This document shows, in pieces, positions 18,701 through 25,649 of a stretch of 51,841 bases of DNA. A program made the position numbers and the translations under genes. Numbering within the stretch: the stretch's first letter is position 1; each line of letters starts with the position of its first letter. This stretch comes from an archaeon (lineage in GTDB: Archaea; Nanobdellota; Nanobdellia; Pacearchaeales; GW2011-AR1). The notes under the pieces are model-generated. The model saw only the letters and a program-made list of their open reading frames with translations. It had not been told where the DNA came from and ran no database searches. The stretch lies in contig JBDRMT010000039.1 in assembly GCA_043811855.1 (NCBI GenBank), positions 1-51,841 on the forward strand, read 5' to 3'.

Positions 18701-18913
18701 ATGGATATAACAACAATTCAATTAAGCAAGGAAATGAGAGATAAGATTTCATCATTTGGTATGAAAGGAGAAAGTTATGATGTTATTCTTAAAAGGATTT
18801 ATGCTTTAGCTGTTAAAGAGCAATTAAGACAGTTTTTTATGGATGATGAAGGTTTTATTTCTATTGAGGATGCTAGGAAAGAGTTAGATAAAAAATGGCC
18901 AAGGTCAAAATAA
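18701..18913 (+). CDS. Putative antitoxin-like small protein
   Basis: 70 aa from the ATG at 18701 (MDITTIQLSKEMRDKISSF...). It overlaps the downstream RelE/ParE-like gene by 19 nt. The fold assignment is tentative. Confidence 0.4.
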   Translation: MDITTIQLSKEMRDKISSFGMKGESYDVILKRIYALAVKEQLRQFFMDDEGFISIEDARKELDKKWPRSK

Positions 18914-19233
18914 TTGATTCTTTATTTCAGGAGATTCAAAAAAAGTTTAAAGGAGAATCTCATAAAATTATTGATTTAATGGAATCCCTTGAAAAAAATC
19001 CAAAAAAAGGTAAGTTATTGGGAAGTGTTGGAGGGATTTTAATTAAGGAGATAAAATATAAGTCTTTTAGGTTTTATTTTGTTACTGATGGATATAAATT
19101 AAGGTGCATAGGTAAGGAATATTTAACTGATTTATTAATAAAGTTTGTTAGAATGTCTGATAAAAAGCATCAACAACAAACAATAAATGAGATAAAAAGT
19201 ATTTTGATTAATTTGGGTTTTGAAGGTTTTTAA
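18895..19233 (+). CDS. RelE/ParE-superfamily toxin-like protein
   Basis: 112 aa. LEKNPKKGKLLGSVGGILIKEIKYKSFRFYFV matches the usual L..nP..G..L...l...R.g.yR..Y pattern of RelE/ParE. Confidence 0.45.
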   Translation: MAKVKIIDSLFQEIQKKFKGESHKIIDLMESLEKNPKKGKLLGSVGGILIKEIKYKSFRFYFVTDGYKLRCIGKEYLTDLLIKFVRMSDKKHQQQTINEIKSILINLGFEGF

Positions 19234-19260
19234 GGTTTATTTTTCTTAATTGTTTTATTT

Positions 19261-20073
19261 TCATCTCTTTTTACCCTTATGATTTTTAATTGGTAATGTT
19301 TTTTTCACAACTTTTTTTAATTTAATAGCTTGCTTTTTTTGCTTTTCAAATTTTTTTAGTTTTGTTTTTTCTTCTTGTTTTTCTTTTTGACTTATTTCTT
19401 TTTTTGCTTTTTTTAATAATTTTTCTTGTTTTTCAATGATTTTTTTCTTTTTTTGGAAATCTTTTTTTTCATTTAGTAAAATCTCTCTTTCTTCTTGTTC
19501 TTTTAATTTTTGAACATATGAAAAAAGATTTCTAATTGGAATTTTTGCTAAGTTAAGTATGATTATTAAGACTACAAAATATACAAATAAAGATATTTCA
19601 AGATAAGAAGTTCCTGTTCCTGGTGATAAAAAGATTCTTATATTTTCTGTTCCAGCAAAAACATAAAGTATGACTGCATAAGCTAATAAGTTTAAAGTTA
19701 GAGGTGAGCTAATATATTTTGCAATTTTTTCAGGTAAAAAATGTTCAAAATTCATAAATAAGACTATAATTCCAATTATAAGCAATCCTAAAGCTATGAA
19801 AAATTTAATTGGATAGTCAATAAAATTAAAAACACCTTGATTTTCAATACTGTATAGATATCTTAACAACATTACAGATATAAATAATAAAACTAAAGAA
19901 TTTCCTACATGAGTATTCCATCCACGTTGTTCATCTTTATATTTTTCAAAGTAAAACAACATGATTATTGTTGCAATAATAAGAGGCATAATTACCCATA
20001 AGACATCTGTATTTAAAGACAAATCAATAAAATATATAATGTTGTAGTAAATTTGAGCTATAAATTCTATCAT
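19261..20073 (-). CDS. Polytopic membrane protein with a Lys/Glu-rich C-terminal tail
   Basis: 270 aa with about 6 TM helices, followed by KEQEEREILLNEKKDFQKKKKIIEKQEKLLKKAKKEISQKEKQEEKTKLKK... Confidence 0.7.
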   Translation of the reverse strand: MIEFIAQIYYNIIYFIDLSLNTDVLWVIMPLIIATIIMLFYFEKYKDEQRGWNTHVGNSLVLLFISVMLLRYLYSIENQGVFNFIDYPIKFFIALGLLIIGIIVLFMNFEHFLPEKIAKYISSPLTLNLLAYAVILYVFAGTENIRIFLSPGTGTSYLEISLFVYFVVLIIILNLAKIPIRNLFSYVQKLKEQEEREILLNEKKDFQKKKKIIEKQEKLLKKAKKEISQKEKQEEKTKLKKFEKQKKQAIKLKKVVKKTLPIKNHKGKKR

Positions 20074-20234
20074 TTTTTATTTTCACCTCCTTTGTTTTCT
20101 TTTTCTAGTTCTTCTGACATGAATAATTCTAATTGTTTACCAATTTTTAGACCTTTTTTTTCACAAAGTTCTTTATATTTGTCTTTGGTTTTTTTATTTA
20201 TAGAAATAGTTAACTTATCATTACCTTCTTTCAT
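20070..20234 (-). CDS. Small ribbon-helix-helix-like protein (54 aa), not in the ORF track
   Basis: My own translation is MKEGNDKLTISINKKTKDKYKELCEKKGLKIGKQLELFMSEELEKENKGGENKK. This gives a beta-strand/helix/G-turn/helix pattern. Its stop forms an ATGA overlap with the start of the 19261-20073 gene, and GGAGGTG inside its 3' end serves as that gene's RBS. Confidence 0.45.
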   Translation of the reverse strand: MKEGNDKLTISINKKTKDKYKELCEKKGLKIGKQLELFMSEELEKENKGGENKK

Positions 20235-20309
20235 ATTTGCTTTTAACTAACCTCTTTTTGTACGTACAATATAGTATTAATTAGTATTTATACGTATTTA
20301 AAGGTTATG

Positions 20310-20399
20310 ATTGGAGAAATGAGGTTTTGAGAGCAGTTTAGTAACTTTCTAATATAAACGCTTGAGCTACTCTGGTGTATAATTGTTTAAAGGTTATTA
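20310..20399. repeat. Copy 1 of a ~90-nt conserved intergenic element (second copy at 46430-46523)
   Basis: attggagaaatgaggttttgagagcagtttagtaactttctaatataaacgcttgagctactctggtgtataattgtttaaaggttatta aligns with attggagacaagtattttttaagtaaggttttagtaatctcttaatataaacacttgagcctactcttgtgcataatatgtttaagattactta. The best-matching block is taatataaac.cttgagc(c)tactct.gtg.ataat. Confidence 0.65.
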
Positions 20400-20423
20400 A
20401 GGAGTCTTGTGTTTTAGAAAGGA

Positions 20424-21992
20424 TTATTCCCACATTTCTTTTCTTATTTTAGAGATTATTAGTTTTTCCTTAGGATGATTTGCAGTTACATCTGTTACTG
20501 ATATTCTTTCTTCAGTATCAGTAAGTTGAGATTTTCTGTTTGTATAATGTTGTAAGTTAAATTCATTGTTTTGATCTAGTTTATTTTGAATTTGTTTTAC
20601 TCCAAATGGAGCATTTTTAACTAATCTTGGATAGTAGGTTTTTTGTTGATTAAATTTAATTTGAATATCTCCTGAATAAAAATCTAAGTCTTGACCTCCT
20701 GCGCTTAGTTTGTTAAAGGTTTTAAGTGCATAGATTTCTATATCTCTTCCATTAAATTCAACATCATGTTCTATGAATTTTACATATTGTCCTGAAGGAC
20801 TTCCAATTACTTCATTAAGAACCTCTTCTGCATCTATAAATGGGATTATTGAAAATATGTTTAGGAAGGATTTAAGGAGTGGGAGAGAGAGTGCATTTGC
20901 AGTGGGTATAGATGTTTGTTTTTCTGATTCTGATTTTGGTAGATTATTAGGATCATTCCCAATTGTTGCATCTGCAAATTTAAGATTAGTTATTGTTCCC
21001 GGAGGTGTTTTTCCTGCAGCTAGATTTGGAGCTACAAATGCAATATTTTTAGCATCTCCTGTATTGGTTAATGTTCCATCTTGTTGAGGTTTGTTTGCAG
21101 CTATTGCTACATCAGGAACACCTCCTCCTTGAAGTAATCCTCCACCTCCCTCACTAAGACCTATTCCTTGTTGATTTACATTTGTTTGTCCTTTTGCATT
21201 AGTTGCAATACTTTGGTAAGCTTGCATAAAAGGGGCAGAAAACGTAGAAATAAGACCCATATCGTTTCCAAATTGTCTAACAAATTGTTCTGCTCCTGCT
21301 CCAATTCCTCCAAATAATCCTCCTGCTGCAGTGCCTAAACCAGAACCTGCTGCAGCTCCAGCTCCTCCTGCACCACCACCTGACGAACCGCCCCCACTTC
21401 CACTTCCTGTAGCTCCACTTGAAATTCCACCACTTCCACCACTTACCTGACAACTTCCTCCTGCACAACCTTTAACATTATTTACACTTCCTTGCTTAAT
21501 ATCTAATAGACCTCCCTCAGGGTTTCTTATTTGATTATTTCCAGAACTATCAATACTTATTTTAGAGCCTTTGGGTATCTTATCAAGCTCTATGTTTTCA
21601 TCTCCAACTTTAAGAGTTTTAAAATCATTATTTGGAAAAGTTCCAAGGCCTTTTCCTTCTCCTGACAATTTAATATCTTTTTTAGCTAACAATTCAGTAT
21701 TATATTCTCCTGCTTGTTCATCATCCATTGGTTTTTGATGTTCAAATGCTTTTTTTGGATTTTTTGCTAAATTCTCTCCTGATTCTTTTGTACAAGGTTC
21801 TTCTCCATTACATCCAGGGCTATCATAATACTCTTTTCCATCTGTATAAACTCCTTTTCCAAAAGTTCTTAAGTCACTTGAATCAGCTGAACCACTTGAT
21901 GTTGTTGAAATAACAGATATCTGATTAATTATTATTATTAGGGATATTGATAATATTGTTGTAATAATTATTGCATTTATTTTTTTCATCAT
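20424..21992 (-). CDS. Secreted/anchored large protein 'L-A' with a Gly/Ser/Ala-rich central tract; function unknown
   Basis: 522 aa. It has an N-terminal hydrophobic signal or anchor, KINAIIITTILSISLIIII, and the tract GGSGGISSGATGSGSGGGSSGGGAGGAGAAAGSGLG. It lies 36 nt downstream of pilin-like gene P1. Confidence 0.8.
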   Translation of the reverse strand: MMKKINAIIITTILSISLIIIINQISVISTTSSGSADSSDLRTFGKGVYTDGKEYYDSPGCNGEEPCTKESGENLAKNPKKAFEHQKPMDDEQAGEYNTELLAKKDIKLSGEGKGLGTFPNNDFKTLKVGDENIELDKIPKGSKISIDSSGNNQIRNPEGGLLDIKQGSVNNVKGCAGGSCQVSGGSGGISSGATGSGSGGGSSGGGAGGAGAAAGSGLGTAAGGLFGGIGAGAEQFVRQFGNDMGLISTFSAPFMQAYQSIATNAKGQTNVNQQGIGLSEGGGGLLQGGGVPDVAIAANKPQQDGTLTNTGDAKNIAFVAPNLAAGKTPPGTITNLKFADATIGNDPNNLPKSESEKQTSIPTANALSLPLLKSFLNIFSIIPFIDAEEVLNEVIGSPSGQYVKFIEHDVEFNGRDIEIYALKTFNKLSAGGQDLDFYSGDIQIKFNQQKTYYPRLVKNAPFGVKQIQNKLDQNNEFNLQHYTNRKSQLTDTEERISVTDVTANHPKEKLIISKIRKEMWE

Positions 21993-22028
21993 TATTCTTT
22001 TTTATTAAATTTTATTTACTTTTATTAA

Positions 22029-22811
22029 TTATGGTGTTAGGAGCTCTTCTGTTGGAAGAGGATATTTATTTAAAAATTCAAATAAGTAAGGTTGTTCCAT
22101 TGTCTTATTTTCAAGTATCATTACTAAAGTAGAATCTTCTTCAAAAGCTATGAAATCAACATAAAGATTATCTTGTTTTGCCATTTCAGTTATACAGTTG
22201 ATACACATTAAATCTGCATCTTCTTTATGAGAATCTGTTATGTAAGTTGCTAATTTAATTATATCACTTAGTTTTGAATCTATTGTTAGTGAATGTTCTG
22301 AAAGTTCAAAAACAACTACATTATTATCATGGTTTATTTTTGTTGAAAGTGATGTTTTAAAGGTTATTTCTGATTGTTTTATTGTTGTTGTTGTTTGGGG
22401 TTCTGAAAAAGTTACTTCAAAATCTGAAAATTTAATATCTCTAATGCATGAGCCTATTTCATTATCAATAAAATTAGATAATTCAGATTCAATTTCTTGA
22501 GCTGAAGGTTGAAGAAATTCTCCTACATGATAATAATAAGGTACAAAAGTCCATTCCATGTCGTAGTAGTATTTTGGTTTGTTATAATATCCGCCTTGAA
22601 TTCCAGTTCTTATTAGTGCATCTTTAGATGTTGTTTCAAGGCAGTCAATTATAAAACCTTGTATATTATTAACAGTAGGTTGAAGTCCATGCTCTTTAAA
22701 GTAATTTAAATTATGTTCTTCTTTATCTGATTTTAGAAATACAAATAAAAGCACTATTACTACTATAATAACTGCTATTATTATGAAGATTGTTGTCTGC
22801 CCCTTTTTCAT
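22029..22811 (-). CDS. P1: class-III (type IV pilin-like) signal peptide protein, uncharacterised Cys-motif family
   Basis: 260 aa. It has MKKGQTTIFIIIAVIIVVIVLL, conserved DCLE, GIQGGYYNKP, FVPYYY, SCIRD and CINC. Confidence 0.8.
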   Translation of the reverse strand: MKKGQTTIFIIIAVIIVVIVLLFVFLKSDKEEHNLNYFKEHGLQPTVNNIQGFIIDCLETTSKDALIRTGIQGGYYNKPKYYYDMEWTFVPYYYHVGEFLQPSAQEIESELSNFIDNEIGSCIRDIKFSDFEVTFSEPQTTTTIKQSEITFKTSLSTKINHDNNVVVFELSEHSLTIDSKLSDIIKLATYITDSHKEDADLMCINCITEMAKQDNLYVDFIAFEEDSTLVMILENKTMEQPYLFEFLNKYPLPTEELLTP

Positions 22812-22835
22812 TTTTTAATAAAGAATATAGAGTAT

Positions 22836-22923
22836 TTAAGGTTTTTTGGAGGATTTTGTTATTTTTAAATAAACTTAAATTAAGGTTTTTTGGAGGATTT
22901 TGTTATTTTTAAATAAACTTAAA
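22836..22923. repeat. Perfect 44-bp tandem duplication (2 copies) in the P1/P2 divergent promoter region
   Basis: ttaaggttttttggaggattttgttatttttaaataaacttaaa occurs at 22836-22879 and again at 22880-22923. Each copy carries an AT box, tttttaaata. Confidence 0.95.
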
Positions 22924-22946
22924 TATGGGTTTTTGTTAGGTTTATT

Positions 22947-23729
22947 ATGAAAAGAGGACAAACTACTATTTTTATTATTTTAAGTATTGTTATTATAGCA
23001 GTAGTTGTAGTTTTGATTTTTGTTATTAATAATAAAGAAAAAACTGTTGATGATTATTTTTTAAGTTCTGAAGTTAAAGCAATGATGGATTCTTTAATAG
23101 TGGAAGTACAAGGATGTGCTGAAGAAACTTCAATAAATGCTTTAGATACTATTGGGTTTCAAGGAGGTTATTATAATAAACCTGAAAAAGCTTTTGAAGT
23201 AAGTGATCCTGATGAATTAGAGATTTTGGATTTTATTCCATATTATTATTATGAAGGACAGATTTTAGTTCCAACAAGAAATAATGTTGAAAATGAACTT
23301 TCAAAAGCAATTGATTCAGAATTAAGGGATTGTTTAGATAATATTGATTCTGAGCTTGATTTTAGTTATGGTAATTCAAAGAGTTTGGTTGAAATTAAAG
23401 ATAAAGAAGTAATTATTACTATTAAACAAGATATTAAAATTCAGAGAGAAGAACATACAACAACTTATAGGTTAGAAGATAATCCTATTGTTTTAGAGTC
23501 GGGATTAAAAGATATTTTAGAACTTGCTGATTATATGACTGAATCTCGTAAAGAAGAACCAAATAAAGATTGTGTTAGTTGTATTGCAGATGTTGCAGAA
23601 GAAAAAAACCTTTATATTGAAGTTACAAATTTTGATGAAGTTACAACACTTGTTACAATTTATGAAGAATATACAGAACAACAGCAATTGTTAATGTTTT
23701 TAAATAAATTTAAAGAAGAGGATTTGTAA
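22947..23729 (+). CDS. P2: class-III signal peptide protein, same family as P1
   Basis: 260 aa. It has MKRGQTTIFIILSIVIIAVVVV, GCAE, GFQGGYYNKP, FIPYYYY, DCLDN and CVSC. Confidence 0.8.
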   Translation: MKRGQTTIFIILSIVIIAVVVVLIFVINNKEKTVDDYFLSSEVKAMMDSLIVEVQGCAEETSINALDTIGFQGGYYNKPEKAFEVSDPDELEILDFIPYYYYEGQILVPTRNNVENELSKAIDSELRDCLDNIDSELDFSYGNSKSLVEIKDKEVIITIKQDIKIQREEHTTTYRLEDNPIVLESGLKDILELADYMTESRKEEPNKDCVSCIADVAEEKNLYIEVTNFDEVTTLVTIYEEYTEQQQLLMFLNKFKEEDL

Positions 23730-25628
23730 ATGAATAAGATTATTTTGATTATTTGTATGGTGGTTGTTTTGTTAGCTGGATTTATAGTTATGAATCAGGC
23801 AGCAGAAACTACTTCAAATTTTGATGTTAATGATATTAATACTTGGCCTGATAATGGGGGTAAGGTTATTGAAGAAGTTAAAAAAGATTCTAATAAGGTT
23901 AATAGTGTTTTAGCTCAAGCATCTGTAGAGCAGAAAAATAGTTTATCTTATAATATTGTAAATCAAGGTAGAGAATCAAAAATTAATATAGTAGGTTTTG
24001 GTTCATCTGATCTTTTATTTGATAAAGATGGTTTTTTAACAAATGGAAATTCTAAATTAGATTTAAGAAATATCCCAAATGGTGTTAATGAGGTTATTTA
24101 TAATGAAAAAGAAAAGGCTTTTACATTTAAAACTGAAAAAGGGTCAATGGAAGTAAAACAAGGTACTTTAAATGAGGATATGAGTTATACTGTTAATACT
24201 GGAACTCTTCATTTACCAGACGATAAAACAGAAGATAGGATGGTTGATGTTAAATGGAATGGATTAGGAGAAGTTAAACAAACAGGAAAAAATACTTTTG
24301 AATTAAGTGGAGATGCAAAATTTAATGTTGGTAATTTAGATGTTGATTTAAATAAAGAAAGTGGAAGTGTTAAATTTTTTACTTCTGATTTTGGAGATCT
24401 TCATGTTCTTGGAACTAATCTAGATATAAAATTTGATGAGATTTCAAAAGTTTCTTTTCCAGAGGGTGTAGAAACTGAGTTTTTTGTTGGACCTGGTTTG
24501 CCAATTGAGGCAAAAGAATCTTATGTTAAGATAGATTCACCAAAGACAGGAAGAGAAGAATTTCTTGTTAATGATGAAAGAGGAAATCCTAAAGTAGTTT
24601 CAAAGGGAAATTTATTTTCAGAAGATTCATTAAATCGTTATAATAATTTTGTTGATGAAGATATTAAATTAGAAATAGTTGGTGAAGATATAAGTTTAGA
24701 ATTTTTAACAGATAGTCCTAATAAAGAAGCTAAAGTTAATGGAGAAAATATTATAATAAAAAATCAAGGTGTTACTTATGAAATAAAAGGTGCTGAAAAT
24801 GCTAAGGGTGAATGGGTATCTCAGATTTCTTTTAATCATGTTCCTGAAAAAGGACATAATATGGATGTAATTAATCTACAAAATGAAGATGCTAGTGTAT
24901 ATAGAATAAGGCCTAGGATTGAGAATAAAGATTATTATACTTTAACTACATCAACTCCGGACCAGGGTGTTGAAGACCAGGGTGTTAAATCTGCTAATGG
25001 GAGATATGAGCTTGTTCCTGTTGTTGGAATTAGTAAAGACTATGAAAAAGAAGGAAAAACAATAAAAATATATGCAGGGCATGTTTTATTAGATAATGAG
25101 TATGCAAATTTACCTTCTGGACTTAGTAGAGAAGATTTTTTAACTCAAATAGCACCTCTTTCAAAAGGACTTTTAATTGAATTTGGTCCAATAATAGGTT
25201 TAAATGAAGAGCATATAGTTGGTAGTTTGGTTAAGAAAGTGGAAACTTATCAGACTCAGGGCTTATTAAGTAAAAGTGAGGCAGATGAACTTGTTGCATT
25301 TCTTCCAACAGCAATTCCTTTTAAGAATTATAAAACAGAGAGTCTTTTAATGATATCAGGAACAGGTAATTCTCCTACAGTAATTGGTTCTTCATATTTA
25401 GGAACAAGTGCTCCTAATGTTATTCAATTTGCTGAAAATCCTGTAGAGAAAGTTGAGTCTGTTTCATATTTTAAAGGTATGCAACCTAATTATCAGCAAA
25501 GAGAAGCTAGTGCAGTGCAAATAGCTGCATTAAATAAGTTTATTAATTTAAGAGTAGCTGAACCATCAATTTCAGATCCGTTGTATGAGAACTATAAGAA
25601 GCGTCAGAATTTAGTAACTTTTAAATAA
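23730..25628 (+). CDS. Secreted large protein 'L-B'; function unknown
   Basis: 632 aa. It has the signal or anchor MNKIILIICMVVVLLAGFIV and starts immediately after the P2 stop. Its N-terminal ETTSNFDVNDINTWPDNG is shared with L-G (ETNPNFNLDDSNTWLVNG). Confidence 0.85.
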   Translation: MNKIILIICMVVVLLAGFIVMNQAAETTSNFDVNDINTWPDNGGKVIEEVKKDSNKVNSVLAQASVEQKNSLSYNIVNQGRESKINIVGFGSSDLLFDKDGFLTNGNSKLDLRNIPNGVNEVIYNEKEKAFTFKTEKGSMEVKQGTLNEDMSYTVNTGTLHLPDDKTEDRMVDVKWNGLGEVKQTGKNTFELSGDAKFNVGNLDVDLNKESGSVKFFTSDFGDLHVLGTNLDIKFDEISKVSFPEGVETEFFVGPGLPIEAKESYVKIDSPKTGREEFLVNDERGNPKVVSKGNLFSEDSLNRYNNFVDEDIKLEIVGEDISLEFLTDSPNKEAKVNGENIIIKNQGVTYEIKGAENAKGEWVSQISFNHVPEKGHNMDVINLQNEDASVYRIRPRIENKDYYTLTTSTPDQGVEDQGVKSANGRYELVPVVGISKDYEKEGKTIKIYAGHVLLDNEYANLPSGLSREDFLTQIAPLSKGLLIEFGPIIGLNEEHIVGSLVKKVETYQTQGLLSKSEADELVAFLPTAIPFKNYKTESLLMISGTGNSPTVIGSSYLGTSAPNVIQFAENPVEKVESVSYFKGMQPNYQQREASAVQIAALNKFINLRVAEPSISDPLYENYKKRQNLVTFK

Positions 25629-25649
25629 GTAGATTATGTAATTATTAAT

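Noticed and set aside
20053-20250. 65-aa plus-strand ORF (F/S/L-rich)
   Set aside because: It is antisense to the more plausible 54-aa RHH-like ORF, which is translationally coupled to the downstream membrane protein.
20773-21913. Three ORFs (20773-21087 +, 21277-21468 -, 21728-21913 +) within the 522-aa L-A gene
   Set aside because: They are alternative-frame or antisense readings of the long CDS. The W/R/C-rich product of 21277-21468 is simply the Gly-rich GGN/GCN tract read in another frame.
22836-22923. Possibility that the 44-bp repeats are a CRISPR array
   Set aside because: There are only two directly abutting identical units with no spacers. No cas genes are in the window. The repeats sit in a promoter region.
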